A stretch of 64,000 bases of DNA from Protoeuglena noctilucae (Eukaryota). Shown piece after piece: positions 28,000 through 41,821 of the stretch (the first letter of the stretch is position 1; every line of letters begins with the position of its first letter). Position numbers and translations under genes: made by a program. The stretch is from the NCBI GenBank assembly GCA_958009085.1, contig OY253690.1, positions 310,001 to 374,000 on the forward strand, read 5' to 3'. The notes beneath the pieces are model-generated. The model did no database searches and was not told where the DNA came from. It worked only from the letters and a program-made list of their open reading frames with translations.

Positions 28000-30014
28000 A
28001 TGATGCGTGCGCTTTTCCTGCTCGCGCTCCTCACCTGCGCGTGTAACCTGGCCGGAGCGCAACACCGACACACTGAGCAGACCAGGGGTGGGGATGGCGT
28101 CACACGGGTACTCATTGGTGAGCTGCCGGGGTGCGTGCATGTTGACACAGTGCGAGCATGTTGCGAACGCCCCGCCACGACTTCGAGGAGAGGCGGCAGT
28201 GATGAAACTCGTGACCGAGGGGTGCTGTTCCATTTTCCCGCAGCCACGCCGATCGGTTCGGATCGCATGGTGACAATGACGTACACCGATAGCTTGTACA
28301 AGGTGCGACCGGGTCAGAGAGCCTTTCTGTGCGGCTTTCCTCTGCGTGCTGGCTGCGCTTTGCATCTCTCCGTCAATTTCATCCTGTCTGTTCCGTTCCT
28401 CGGCCAGTGCTTTCCATGAATCGCCAGCATCGTCCCTTGAAAACGCAGACACTGAACTATTACTCGGTTAAGCGCTACGCCAAGGACATCGAGGTGACAA
28501 CGTGCTGTGCTGCTGCGCCCCTGCAGTCATGTCCAGGCCAAGCACAGAGAATCTCTCCTACCGTCCCTGCTGCAGGTCAGGTGGCTCTGGGCAAGTGGTT
28601 CCGTTCTGGAGCACAACCGGAATATGCTGGCGAAGTATTTCTTGGAGGTGAGGAGGGACGTGGCACAGGGGCGTGTCTACCTATCCCGGCAGCAAGGAGC
28701 GAAGCTAATACATCTCTTTGGAAACCTGGCGACGCAGAGTGAAGACCTGGACTACCTGCTGTTCGTGGACAGCGATGTCGGGTGGCCCCCGTACATGATT
28801 GAGCGCATGGTCCGATTCGGGTGACACCTACCTGGCCAATGCGTGCGCGAAGGCGTTGTTTGCCGACGCGTGACATTGTAATTCAAGCATGCGAACAACC
28901 GCAGGGAAGATATCATGGCCGGGGTATATCCTTTCAAGTCATTCCAGTGGTCGCGGATAAGCCGCGTGGCGAGGGCAGGGCAGATCACGGACGACGATGA
29001 CCTGCAATCGGCAGCGGCCGCGTTCGTCTTCAATCACCAGAGCCACTTCAGGCCAGCCCATGCTTTTGCTTGGTGTCCGTCGCTGTGTGACCCATGTCAT
29101 GGATGCTTTCGCAGCCCCGGCACGTGCCTGCATCGCAGGAAGACACCGTCTGGTCTTCGTTCGGATCAGGGGTTCGTGGAGGCCATGCAGGTCGGCCTAG
29201 GCTTCACCATGATCCATCGCCGGGTGTTCGAGGCCATCATCGAGGCGTACGGGTGTGACGCTGCCAAAGGCTGCGTGCCTGTCTCTGGGGGTTCGTGAGC
29301 AGATGGCTTGCAGGCGGCCCTACTGCCTGTACCGATGACGGTGCACGATGTCTCTGCTTGCACATGCAGCCCCCGCCTTCTGGCCTACTATGAGGCTGTC
29401 GACGCGCAATACTACCGGTTCTTCCAGTTCACCACCATGACAGACGTGACAGGGCGGAGCAGGTGATAGAGATCGACAGATTGCCAGAAACTCCAAACCA
29501 TGGGATGGGTACACGCAGTGCGATGTCTCAGCTGTTAAAACAGTAGTCCACCTCCAGCAGGTGGACTGGCGAAGACCTCTTCTTCCTTGAGCTGTGGGCC
29601 AGCCTGGGGGAAACGGCATGGGCGGACCTGCACACGGGCCTCCGTCACCAGGGCACACACGTGTGGGACGGCCGGCACTTTGCCAACAGCCTGCAGGTGA
29701 CACATAGGGCTGCTGCGAATCTTCAGATCAACAGCAGCCCTTCGTGTCACTACCCTCCTCCTAGACCCCCTCGGTGCAGTATAGCATGGGTGCCTCCGCT
29801 TCCGCTTCGACACTCCAGCCGCTGGTGGATGAGGTCGACGCCTTCGCCCACGCGCACCCTCACGCGACAGTATCCAAGGGGAAAGTTTTCCCCCAGATGC
29901 AACCTGACAGCAGTCACAGCGCCGATGAGAGACCGGAGCTTTGATTTCATGAGGGAGGCACCCAGTTGCGCGCTAGCTCTAGTGGCGGAGTCTCCGTGGT
30001 GGTATGCCCGATAA
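28000..30014 (+). CDS. GT-A fold (GT2-like) glycosyltransferase with signal peptide, multi-exon, end approximate
   Basis: SVLEHNRNMLAKYFL, DYLLFVDSDVGW (DxD), AGVYPFKS, VGLGFTMIHRRVFE and GEDLFFLELWA...LRHQG. Confidence 0.75.
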
Positions 30015-30063
30015 GAAGGTGTCGAAAGCGGTGTAGACCTCGCGCACAGCTAGTACACGTCAT

Positions 30064-31400
30064 TTAAGGGAATATGAGGCAGTGCTTTCCGAGCTGTGCT
30101 TGCGTTGTAGGACAGCGGGTCGTAGATGACAATTGGCCCGGGGAGGCCCTGAAAGAAGGTCCTGTCAGGGATAAGTGGATTGGCCAATGAGGATAATGCT
30201 CAGCTTTGCTGCCTACGAGTACGTGTCCACCCAAAGCGCTTGCCTGGATTCGAAGGTCAGCCCCCCCCTGTGCCCCACCACGTGCGTAGTGTCCGCCCAG
30301 ATGACCCAGCCCAGGGCCCGGACCCCTTCGGCAAAGGCTGTGTTGTCGTTCGGGGACTGTGGAAGCGATGCGGCTCATGTCAAGGTGGCGCAAGAAAGGA
30401 CTTCGTGGCAGCCAAACGCTGCCTGTTGGCGGAATCAAGAAACATATGTTCATCTGCGCGCCCTCCCCATCGAGCCCAGCCACGAAGAACACGCAGGAAA
30501 TCGCCCCGATCAGGTGGTCCTCGATCCATGACTCAGCGAATAACGCGACGAGCTCCTCCACGACGTGCCGCTTGATGAGGACGAGCCCTGCGACGTCAGG
30601 CGCGTGCAGAGCCGTTGCGGCGTCGCATCCATCCTGTCGGGTGAGTCACAGGCGGAGACATGAGCGCAAGCACCTGTCGCACCACTCACCAAACCCGACG
30701 CTCTTGACCCGGATGAAGCCGTCCACGACACGTCCGGGATCCGGCACGTCATCCTGCTCTAGAAGTTTGACGTTCTCCTCAAATGCCAGCCCAGGCAACA
30801 CCGCCGCTGCTGTGCCCTGCGGGTGGAGATGCCATCCTCTCGCACGCCGTGCATGGCTGGCCATCAGCAGCGAACAGTGACAAGCGTGATTCTCGCCTGC
30901 AAGACCCTACCGAAGTTGGGTCGGGAGCGGTGCAGCAGGGCAGGGATGGCCGCCACGTCGGCGTCGAATGCCAACAGTCGCTCCACATTCGCTGCGAGGA
31001 CCGCCGCGGGCCGAGACTGAGCGCAGCGCAAACATGCACCCAAGCCTGTCGTCGCTATAGGCCACATAAAGGCCCTCACATGCCATGAAATCGATGTCCA
31101 CGTCGGCAAGCAGCACGTGGGTCATCGCAGGGTCCCAGAGGCTCATGTAGAGAGACCGCGAACGGGACAGGTAGGTTTCGGATGCTTGTTTATACACAGA
31201 TTCAACTGCAAGCGCGATAGTGGGGCTGCGGTCCGGGACGCAATCGACCCTCCCAAGCCGTGCCGCAGCGAGGAAATGCGGCCCACCTGGATCTTCACGC
31301 CCTTTTCAGGGTGCATCACATGAAAGTGGTGCGCAAGATGAAACGCCGACGCATAGCCCTGGCCCGTGAAAGCCTGACCGCTGCCGGATCACGGACGGCG
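30064..31400 (-). CDS. GT-A fold glycosyltransferase-like paralog, multi-exon, ends approximate
   Basis: YLSRSRSLY...THVLLADVDIDF (DxD), DGFIRVKSVGFG and LIKRHVVE. Confidence 0.6.
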
Positions 31401-31585
31401 TGATGACCGCGCGGACAGCGGCGAGAGCGGGCACGAGAAGCGCGAACAGGACCGCACAGGCGGCTAGTGGGAATAAGGTATATTGTGTCGGATATCACCG
31501 AAAGTGAGAAGCATTGCGTTCTGTAGTGGCATTTTGAATCGGTTGCGATTAGACGAAAAGCGTCGAATCGATTTTTTTGCCTATG

Positions 31586-32089
31586 TCACCTATAGAACAT
31601 AGAGGTTCTGACACGGGGCTTTAATAAAATAGGGGCTGCTCCTGATGTGATAACTGGGGCAATGGTAGGTTGCACACTGGTGTCTATATCTAATACAGGC
31701 TTGATTGGGATATGCTCAGATAGCTCTTGAATGAACTCAGGTACATCAACAACAGAATCTTTCAGTTCGTTGAGAAAGTCTTCCAGTACCTTGATAGCTT
31801 GCCTGGTATATGAGAGTTCCTTGCGAATAATACTATTGGTTTCCATTAAGACATCTACATTATCTACTAAGATGTCAGGTCTATTAGATTTCAAAAAATC
31901 ATAGACGTAGTCATGGAGTTTATTGAAGAGAAGTTGTTTTTTATCGAGTTGCACTGAGATATCAGCAACATTAATCAAGATAGCTGTAGATGATATAGGC
32001 TCTGTACCACAAAAGATATCTTGAATATCATTACTGTAGTCAAGTACTTCAGACCTTAGAGGGTCTGTGATATCCGTGTCATCGCACAT
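31586..32089 (-). CDS. AT-rich intronless orphan ORF (~167 aa)
   Basis: Stop-free frame with natural amino-acid composition, in a segment clearly far more AT-rich than its flanks. ATG at 32089 and TTG at 32098. Confidence 0.5.
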   Translation of the reverse strand: MCDDTDITDPLRSEVLDYSNDIQDIFCGTEPISSTAILINVADISVQLDKKQLLFNKLHDYVYDFLKSNRPDILVDNVDVLMETNSIIRKELSYTRQAIKVLEDFLNELKDSVVDVPEFIQELSEHIPIKPVLDIDTSVQPTIAPVITSGAAPILLKPRVRTSMFYR

Positions 32090-32487
32090 ATAGGACAAGA
32101 ACTGTTTTGAACATTTATAAATAAGATATATTGCTTTTCCTTAGTTAAGGGCTTGATGTTATGGCTTGGGTTTTGTGTGGGGACTTCGGTTGGATACTTT
32201 CTGTGGTCTGTGTTTTAACAGAGATACACGAGATTGTCTGTTCGATAAACAGAGGCTCTGTTGCGCTCTGTTGTTGTGTCAGACTGACAGAAAATCTCTG
32301 TTTGAAACAAAATAAAAAAAGCGCGGGGAGGGATTTTCTATTGCGCACAGAACTAATGAAAATTTTGGCTGTTGCGGGGCACACCGATCTCTACTCAACA
32401 CACACTCAGGTGCTGTGCTCATCTTTGGCAATGACGCTTCTCTCCTGGTCCTCTTGCGTTCACCTCATCATCTACTTGACTGAATGC

Positions 32488-35058
32488 ATGGTCGGCCCTG
32501 GGCGGTGCAGCGCGGCGGCCGTTGTCGAAGGAGGCGACAACATACGTCCTCAGCTTGTACCAAGACGGGGTCAGGCCTCGGGTCGTGCGTGAGAATCTCA
32601 TCAAGTGGGTGGGGCGGACTGTCGGCGTGCAGCAATCGGAAGAGTTCCCGACGTACGAGAGCTGCGTGCTTCACTTCCTGAAGACGAGGGCTGCGGGGAA
32701 CGACCGGCTGGAGCAAGCGTTGCGAGACGTGACGGCAACGGGCCAGGAGCTGCGGAACCTCCAGGCGAAGGCCAACATCAACTACAGGCTCGACATCAAC
32801 GATGCCGAGTCGGTCAGGAAGATGGTCGCCACCATGTCGGAATCAGTCGTGAGGTATGTCCCCCAAGACCTGCAGGCCAAGAAGCAATTCCAGCTCATCC
32901 TTTGCACACCGCACATGGTGGAATGCACTGTCAAGGCGGGCGCGCATTCCACCTTGTTTCTGGATGCAACCTTCGGCACTACGGCCCATGGGTTCATGCT
33001 CGCCGCGCTCTACACGACCATGCCGAACAAGACGGTGCGCCCCGTCGCCTTCATCATCCTCGAGGCCGAGAGCTGCCGGATTTACAGCGAGTGCTTGCAG
33101 GCCATCAAAGATCACCTGCAGGCCAAGGGCGTGGATTGGCGCCCTCAGGTGATATGCTGGCCGCAGAGCGCACGAGCACAAAGCGCAGATGCATGCCACC
33201 AATCGCACCAGGACAGAGACCATTTGCATAACACCGTACCACGGCTTGGCATCCCACAGAGCATCATCACGGACGCGGACCTCAAGCTCGGCAACGCAAT
33301 CATGGACGTCCTGGGATGCCCCCAATTCATCTGCTCCTTTCACGTGTTGAGGGCCATGCTCAAGAACCTGAACGCCAAGAAAGGCAAGGTGGACGCCAAT
33401 ACAAGCAACAGGTGCTACAAGGAGCTCGTCAATGTCATGTACTACCTGCCGTCGAAGAAGGATGGGAGCGCCCAGGCCAGCGTGAAAACCAAGTTCCGAG
33501 CGTGGGTGGAGAAGTGGGCGGGGCTCGACATGAACAAGTTCACCCAATACGTCGAGTACCAATGGGGCGACGAGCTTGAGCAGTGGTGCATGGGCCTGAA
33601 GCCTGCCACGGACGGCCACACGACGAACAACGCGCTGGAGAGCACGTGGGGGATGTTCAAGGACCTCCTCAACACGTCGGTGTCGTCGCGGGTGCGGCCC
33701 CACATGCACCGCACACCTGCAAGTGGCACGTTGCGTTGATGCCATCTCTGACCCTGCTGCCTTTGCTTGCAGGTGACAGGGAGAAGGGTGGACGCTTTGC
33801 TTAAAGCGCTTCTCAGCATCGACGTGACCTACGAGACGGAGGACTTGGCCATGGAGATGCATCGGACCCCCTCTGCTCCCGCTCAGCGGAAGTACCATGC
33901 CGCACGGAGGACCCTGCTCGGTGACCCAAACGCCTACGCGGTGACGACAGTGATGGAAGAGGTGAGGGGGGTAGTCATTGGCCTTAGTACGCAACGCCTG
34001 CGGCACATCTGACAGGGGTGTGTCAGTCCCACGCAGACGGTGGAGGGCCAGGCGTTCAAGAACGGCACGTATCAAGTCCAGAGCGCCACTAGGGACATAC
34101 AGCACACCGTTGCTATCCAAGGTGTCAAGGCCACTTGCTCTTGCGAGCGTGATGAGGACGACGGGTTATGCATGCACGTGTACGCAGTGGCCGAGAGATC
34201 CCTCAAGTCTGACCAGAGGATATACGTCGTGGGCATGTACCAGTTGCCCGAGGGCGGCGTGCTTCCCCAAGCCCCTCACGTGACTGCACCCCCGGTCCTC
34301 CATGCGCAACCCACGCGTACGGTGACGATGAGAGCTGCAGCGGCTGACGTTGCCGCGGCCCAGGAAGTGGTCGCCAGAGAGCGGGACAAGGAGAGCGCCG
34401 CTTTACAGCGGTTGGTGCTGGTGGCAGAGAGACTTGAGGCTACGGGGGACACCGGGATGCTGGAAAGGCTTGCCCAGGAAGCAGAGAGGAGGCTTTCCGG
34501 TGGCTTCGCGTCGATCCTGTGCGACAAGTGCAGCGAGCTGAAGCGGTTCAACCAGTTCGGGCAGCAAGGGCCGTCGCCGGGTACTAAGGAGCGGCGCAAG
34601 CGAAGGTGCAAAGCTATGTTCCGTCTGTCATGGCTGGGCTCTGTCATGCCAAACCCACCAACAGCGTGTGTTTTTACCCACACAGGGCACAGAGCAACAC
34701 GCCCAGGGTGTCTTCTGTCACCGCGTCCCCCATCCAAGAGGGCCCGGCTGCCCCCTTCGTCAACACCAAAGCCAAGGGTAAGGAGAAGGTGGCCAAGTCG
34801 CTGCTCCCGAAGGTGCAGGAGGCAGCTGGGCGAACCCAACCGGTGGGGGGCGCGCCTGAGCCCTTGGTGCAGAGGACCAACGTCACCACACCGTCAATGC
34901 CCCTCGGCACCCAACAAGCAGCTTTCATGAGCTACGGGAACACGTCTGGGATCCCTGTGGGCATCCAGTACGCCCGGAACTATTCTGGGCAGCTTGTTCC
35001 CGTCGCTTGGCAAATGGGCTGGCCGGCGGTGCCGGTAAGGCGTTGCAAGCACGCATGA
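32488..35058 (+). mobile_element. MULE/Mutator-family transposase with SWIM zinc finger, intron-containing
   Basis: DDE triad FLDATFGT / IITDAD / TTNNALES, CSFH (CxxH) and SWIM CSCERDEDDGLCMHV. In-frame GT-AG intron at 33149-33259. No TIRs recognised. Confidence 0.88.
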
Positions 35059-36060
35059 GCATGCGACCCACACTTGCACCTGTGGTAGAATCCCTTGTTT
35101 GCATCATCTCCTGTAGACCTGGGTCCAGCCTCGGCCCCAGGGCAGGTGATGGGCACCGCCCGGTGTGGCACGCTCGGGCCAAGGATCGGTGGGCGACTTT
35201 GGCGACTGGAAGTGATTTTGAGTCATCAAGGACAGCGTTTTCTGGTCATATGCGGGATACTGGACATGTTTTGAGGCCAATCTAAAATTTGGTTTTTTCT
35301 TTGTCGTCGGACCCACCAAAAAGCTTACCCTAACCCACCTTTTGCCTCGTGCGCCGTGAATGGCCCCAAAATGAAAAGTGGTTTGAATGCAAGAAGACCC
35401 CACCAAATGCCTTATCCATATGTATAGTGCTCAAACAAAGCGTTTGGGATACCCTTGTCTGCGGGCGCATCGCGGCACGGAGGGTGGGGGCTGTGTGCGG
35501 TGCGGGGTGACGGTGTGTGACCTGCAGAGACCCCGGGCGGGTACCCACGTGGCAGGCACCTCGCCCACTGCACGCACACATACTCAAGAAGGCGTGGCTG
35601 CCGTCTGGGGTCATGGTGTCTGCGGGCGCAAGGGTGGTCCGGGGGATGCAGCCGCGCTCGTGCTGGGATGAGAGTGGGTGGCCCAATACGGCATATTTTC
35701 CCAGGGCGGCCGGTGTACAGGTGTTGGCACTCGCGCCGCTATCTATCTGTGCGCATTGCATCGTGGGACCCTTGGCCACGTTTCTGCGGAAGTCGTCCGG
35801 AACCGAGCGGGTCATGGGGCTGCCCAGCGCTGCAGGCTGGCTGATCCGATGCAACACTATTTCCAGCAAAGACCCATTGTTTCGTGGCACTATGCGCTTA
35901 TTTATGTGCATTTTAATACGTCTGGAGTAAAACATCACCCGCTTTCTGGGTAACATTTGCTGCACTGGCGTCTGGCCCACCAGCTCTGCGCAAATCGCTC
36001 CAGACACTGAGCATGGCCCATGCGCGCCCCCGGGCGTCAGGCAGCGCTCTGCTCCATACC

Positions 36061-36107
36061 AGACGTCATTTTTAAGACGTCATATTTTAAGTCATATTTT
36101 AAGACGT
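36061..36107. repeat. Short AT-rich tandem repeat (gtcatattttaa-like, ~3 copies)
   Basis: agacgtcatttttaagacgtcatattttaagtcatattttaagacgt. Confidence 0.6.
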
Positions 36108-36499
36108 TTCGCGTCAAAATGGGCCAACCACAGCCAAAGTCTGCGCTGCGGGGGCCTGGGCCACGCAGGGACTGCCGCCTCTGGGCGCGACGCCGACCTC
36201 TCCGTCGTCTCCCACGCATCTCACCCTCCTATTTTTATATGTTGAATGCTATGGTTTCAACTTCGGGTCGGCCCAGGTCTTGGTCGCCAAAATCGGGGCG
36301 GGGAACATTTAATGCCAGTCGAAACGAGGCTCCGCTGGCGTCTCGGCGTCTGATGCATGTTTCAAGCCTTGAGAGGGGCCCGCGGCGAGAGAGTGAATGC
36401 ATGACGACAACGCATGTCTGAGCTGACTCCTGCCCCTCTCAAAGACTTCTGCAGGGTGCAGTTGCCGGCTTTCCAAGTGTTGATGCTGCCCCGGCAACC

Positions 36500-38572
36500 A
36501 TGCCCTCTCTCCCCGCCTTTCTAGTGGCCACTCTCCTTGAGTTAGCTGTCCTCTGTGCTCTGGTGGGTCTCTCCCGCGGATCGGAGGTGCGCGTGTCCCC
36601 CAAGCTGCGTCCGACAGACTTTGGTGACTTCGAGACGTCATGTTTGACAGACGTCGCAGCAAATCTGGCCGAGGTGGTTTGGGTCGAGCGCGTTGATCTC
36701 TCCAGCGTCTACCGGCACGTCCCATGGGCTGTGCCTCCCCGGCCGTTCCGCATGCTCCTCAAGCGCGGTGATTCCTGCCGAGCTCCCGCCGTAGCCGACG
36801 GCAGTGTCCCCGGCCCTTTAGACATGACGATAAGCACGCTCCCGTGCCGTCCTCGCAGATAATGACTATATTTCTGAGGTAGGCACCCCAGGCATGCCTA
36901 CAAGCGAGCAAGCGCTGGGGATGCTAGTTGTGGGTAAGCATCAAAAGCCACGGCCACCTTTCTCGCGTCTCAGAAGATTGGAACCGTCGGGGCATGGGAG
37001 CCAGGCGTCACAGGCGAGGCCAGTCGCAGGGTGGCTCAGCAAGCCACGCGATGATTGGCCGAGCATGCCGGCCCTGCATGACCCACTGAGTGATCTCACC
37101 GCAGCTGCGATCCTCCACGGGCTGTCCGCGGCGACTCTACACGGCGCGGGGCGGGGCGGGGCGGCCGCGTTGGTCGACGTGGGGACCCACGTTGGGTGGC
37201 ACACAGTCGTCGCGGCCCTGGCCGGGCACCCCGTGGTCGGCATCGAGCCCTTCTGGCGGAACCGCGTCATATTGGAGGCCACCGTGTCGTGCCTGAACCC
37301 CCACCTGGGAGCGCTTGTGCACGTGGAGCCGGTGGCGCTCTCGGACCGCAGCGACACGTGCATGCTCCGCTACCACGAGGCGTGTGCGCTGTGCCATGCC
37401 CCGCGGTCGACGGCCTCCCCGTGCGTCCCGGGGTGGTGGCGTGATTCGCTCTGCCCTGTCGCTTTGCGCCTGCAGGACTTCAGCCTCAACACCCAGCTCT
37501 ACTGCGAGAGCGACGGCGTTCCACCCTGCGAGCCACCCCTCCACACCGAGGGTTGCATGACGCACGATGGTCTGGTGGACGTCACTACCCTGGTGACCCT
37601 GGCGAGCCGCGGCGGTCTCGTTGCCGGGGCCGCTGCACCTGATCCCTCATGCCCACCCCCGCGCTCCTGCACCCAGGACGCCCTGGCCTCTTCCGGCCGG
37701 CTGCCCTTGGACCGGCCCATGGTCCTGAAGATCGACGCCGAGGGCCGCACCCTGCGCATCCTCCACGGCGGAGCGGCGCTCCTCGCGGGGCCCCGCGCGC
37801 CGCTCCTGATTGAGGCGGAGCTTGAGGGCCCGCACATCCGCGAGGCCGTCGACCTGCTGCAGGCGCACGGGTACGTGCTCCTGACGCGCATGTTCACGGA
37901 GCTGCCCCGGTGCGGGCAGCATGGCGCGCCGTGGCGCTGGGAGGCAGTCCGGCTAATGGGCGACTACGAGCTCGACATACTGGACATCCTGCGCGAGTCG
38001 TTTGAGGCCACCAGCATGGGCGTCGCCTTCACTTTCATGGAAGAGTCTTTTGAGGCAGCGGGCCTTGCCGGGAGTCGCGTGAGAGCTGTGCTGGGGGCCT
38101 ATGAGGATGCGGGTGTGACCCTCAAGCACCAAGGCCCGCTCTACCACAAGGTGACGGCCACGGACGCAGTGCTGTCTTGCGCATGAATGCACTGCGCATG
38201 TCCGCCGCAGCGAGGTATGAGAGGGTCGCACGCAGGCGAGGAGGGCCCTGGAGGCATCGCTGCAAATGGACGTCATTTTCGCCAAGGAGTCGCTGCTGCC
38301 CTTCCTCCCTGGGGCGCTCCAGGTGCGGCGGCTTCATTGCTGCACTTAACGAGTGTAACCAATTTGCGCGACTCACGAATGACATGCGCCATGCGTCCCA
38401 CGCGCCGCAGGTGAAGGAGATGGGGCGCGTCACTCTGCAACAGTACGCCATGCTGGGTGACGATCTGTCTGCGGCCCTGGGGCCTTTACTGGCTTCCACT
38501 GCACGAATTCCTGGCCTAGTGTTCCGTGACCTTCACAGGGGCACCATTACTCCATGCGAGCCACCTCTGTGA
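36500..38572 (+). CDS. FkbM-family methyltransferase with signal peptide (paralog of 17472-19571)
   Basis: LVDVGTHVGWHTV...GIEPFWRN and VLKIDAEG. Shares LQMDVIFAK...LPFLPGA and LGDDLSA exons with the paralog. Confidence 0.8.
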
Positions 38573-38729
38573 CTTAGTGTGAACGCGCGCTCAAAAGCAA
38601 TGTCACCTTTTAGGCTGTTGCTCTGTGTTGTCTACGTCTAGCATCGAATGTGGCGTGCACCCAATCATGCAACTGCAAGATAGACCGATGGCGAGGGCAC
38701 ATGTGCAGCATCCCAACCACGCCGACAGT

Positions 38730-39798
38730 GCCACGGAGGAGCGCAGGCTCACGCACCCGTCGTCCGCAACTGCCGGGATGGTGTCCGGGACACCTGCCGT
38801 GGTGCCCGTGCGCCTCTCGCAGAAGCGCACGGCGGGGAGGAGCTTGGCACGGAAGGACGACAGCGACGACCACGACGATCCCTTCCGCTCCGACGACCTG
38901 GGGCGGGCATTCATGGTGTTGAGTGCAGCGACAGATGCCTCCCATGCATGTATCGCAATAGAGTGGCGCCATGATCCGGCATTGTATCCGGCTTCTGCGT
39001 CTGGCGCTCGCCTGCTGATGGCGTCCCGGGCGCGGACCGCCTCCGCCAGCCGGGACAGCGCGTCTGCGGTCGCATCCCCGCACGCCATCTGCGACCGGCC
39101 CTCGCACGTCTGGGCGTACGCGGCCCCCTCGCGCCTCGTCTCCGCATCCGCGCCCACCTCCGCGAGGTCTGCGGGGGGGCGCCGGCGGTGATGAGCGCCG
39201 CGTAGGGCGAGTCACAACAGTCCATCTTCCCTGCGCAGCAGCCCGCACCGCACAGGTCCCGGGCGTGCGCCGCCGCCTTCTTCAGCTTCTGGGACACGCG
39301 ATGCTTAAAGGAGCCGGCCTCCACGGCGCCCTCCTCGCGGCGCAGGATCTCGGCGCGCGCCCAGGCCCGCTCAGCGCGGAGCAGGTGGACCATCAGCGGC
39401 CGGGGGTCGTCGCCCCGGGCCTCCACCGCCCTGCAAGAGACCGCAAAGCATCACAGGTTCGCGCACGTGCGCGAGCTCCTTCGAACGCCCCACGGCGCCA
39501 CCCTTAGCCCGCCCCTCTGCACCTGCGCACGAACTTGCTCCGCCCGTGGTTGATCTTCAGGCCGCGGTACAGGCGCCGTAGCCTGGACGTGCAGAACTTT
39601 GCATAGCGGTGGTAGTCCTCGTACTGCAGCTCCAGAGAAGCAAGGGAGGTCACACAACAAGCGACGTTGCACCAACCAGGCAAGTCTGCGCGCTGAGCCC
39701 ACCTTGAGGCCATGCTGGTCCTGCCAGTCATTCACGGATTCAAAGACCTTCAGGAACGCTGGGGCGCTTGGTGGCCCCGCCTCCTCCGAGGCATCCAT
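38730..39798 (-). pseudogene. Truncated duplicate of the SRP68 5' half
   Basis: Near-identical to 10556-11615. The downstream SRP68 exons (9042-10330) are not present here. Confidence 0.8.
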
Positions 39799-40469
39799 GA
39801 CAGTGTGGGTTCTCAAGCGGCTGTTGCTGTGAGTGTGTGGGCCCGCGCGATGCCGAGAAGGCCGGCAGAAGAACAGCACCGCGCGACATCGAGCCAGCCC
39901 GGCGTAAAAGAAGAAGTAGATCGCGCCAAGCTCTATTGCACCGCACTCTGTAGGTGGGGAAAAGTGCCCGTGCCGGAGAAAAAGTTTCACGCGCATTGCG
40001 CGAGGGAGCAATGCCACGGCGGACGGGCGCCAGTCCGGCGATCAAGTCCTCAGCGGGATTGACGGAACGCGTCGCGCGACGGCGGACGACGCGGCGGCGC
40101 CGAACGGGTCCTGCAGGGCGGCGCGGCGACCGCGCGTGCTGCGGACGGCAGCTTTGAAAGGGGATAATGCGAGTGGCGGCGGCCGCGGGACGTCCGCGGC
40201 GCGGCAGACGCAGCGCGGAGCTGACTGCAGTGGGGAGGGATCGCACGCACTCCGCGGACGATGGCGACGACCTCGCGGCGGCGACGTGTCCGTTATGACG
40301 GGCGGGATCGCACCGCGCGGGACGCGAGGTCCCGGACGTCCCGGCGACCGAGTGTCAGGGGCGGGCAGCGATGCCGTGCCGCAGCGTTCAACGGGGGCGA
40401 TCCCGGCGGCTACCGGCGCCGTGCGACGCGCGAGCGGCTATGCGTGGGCGAGCCGCGACGAGCACAGGG

Positions 40470-40833
40470 TCACGGCGCCGCGCGGAGCGCGGCCAGCGAC
40501 GCGTGGGCCGGGCGCATGTGGCGCATCGCGTGGAGGACCTGGACGATCTTGAGGTCGACCCCGCGGGCTCGGAAGATCTGCCTGAACTCCGCCCTGCTGT
40601 GCCTGACGAAGTGCAGCTGCGCGGCCGACTGGACGCGCGACATGGCCACGTACGCGTGGCCGCTGGCGAAGCGCCCCGCGAGGTCGAGGAGGACGTCGGT
40701 GGCGCACGTGCTGCCCTGGGCCTTGTGCACCGTCATGGCGAAGACGGCTCGCAGAGGGAACGCCTCCACCTTGGCATGGCTCGTCGTGCACGCGGAAGTG
40801 GAAGTCGCGACGCGTGATGGGGGTCATATGATG
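40470..40833 (-). pseudogene. Duplicate PIF1 helicase fragment
   Basis: Identical to 12287-12650. Confidence 0.7.
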
Positions 40834-41821
40834 GTCACACGAATCCCATCCTGGTGAACGCCGGTCGCCCCACTTGGGACACACTTGCCATCCGCAGTAC
40901 CCACAGTCCACCTGGAAAACTAGTCAGGCAGGGTTGACACCCCCAACTCTGGCCCGTACACGCCATGGCTGTCGGGCTGACGGCACGAATCGCATACTTA
41001 TACAGCTGGTTGTCATAGACGACGTTCGTGCGCTTGTCCACCACGTGTGTCTCCGTGCCCGGCAGCCGAAACGACACCGACACCAGGGGGATGCACAAGT
41101 ACTGGCCCGCCTTCACGACTGACGCATGCCTCCTCAAGGGCATCTTTGTGCCCGACGAGAACATCAACCCTTTCAACACCCTCACCAACGACGGACGCGA
41201 GCAAAGGTGCGCGCAGCTTCCCTTTGCAAACCCGCAGCGCACAGCCGCTCACACTACGACAGACGCTACCCCCTATTCCCCCAAACCCCAGGCATCACCT
41301 CCCTCATCGAGGTCGACAAGAGGTACCGCATTAACACCTCCGCTTTCCAGTCCTCGCCGAGCCCCAACCAGAAGAGCCTCCTCTTGCGCCCACGGCGCGA
41401 CCAAGGCCGACGTGGACCGCATCCTCACCGAGATGACCCACGACGCCGCCACGCCCAAGGCAATCCACGACCTACCCCTGACCCGCGATGACGCTGACGA
41501 TGACTGACGCGTATGCCACTGCATGCCTAGCCCTGCTGCTAACCTCCCATACACGCAATTGACCCTCAAAACCCACATCCTCCTTCATAATCCCTCCTGC
41601 GCGACTAAGCCGGGGGCCTGGGCCCCCCGGTCCTGATGTCTAAGAAGTGGATGTGGATGTGGATGTCAGGGCCCTCGCCAGTGTCTGTGACGGACGTGCC
41701 AGCCTCTAGACGGGGTGCACAATACCTGATTACGCCAGATCCTCGAGGGCACATCATTCCGCGTGCTCACATCATCACCAAGTGCTTCCACATCACTAAA
41801 GCCGCTGGACATAGGGTTTAG

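Noticed and set aside
31450..36330. Terminal inverted repeats or TSD for the MULE
   Set aside because: Both flanks are AT-rich, but I could not find a convincing inverted match or 9-bp duplication by eye.
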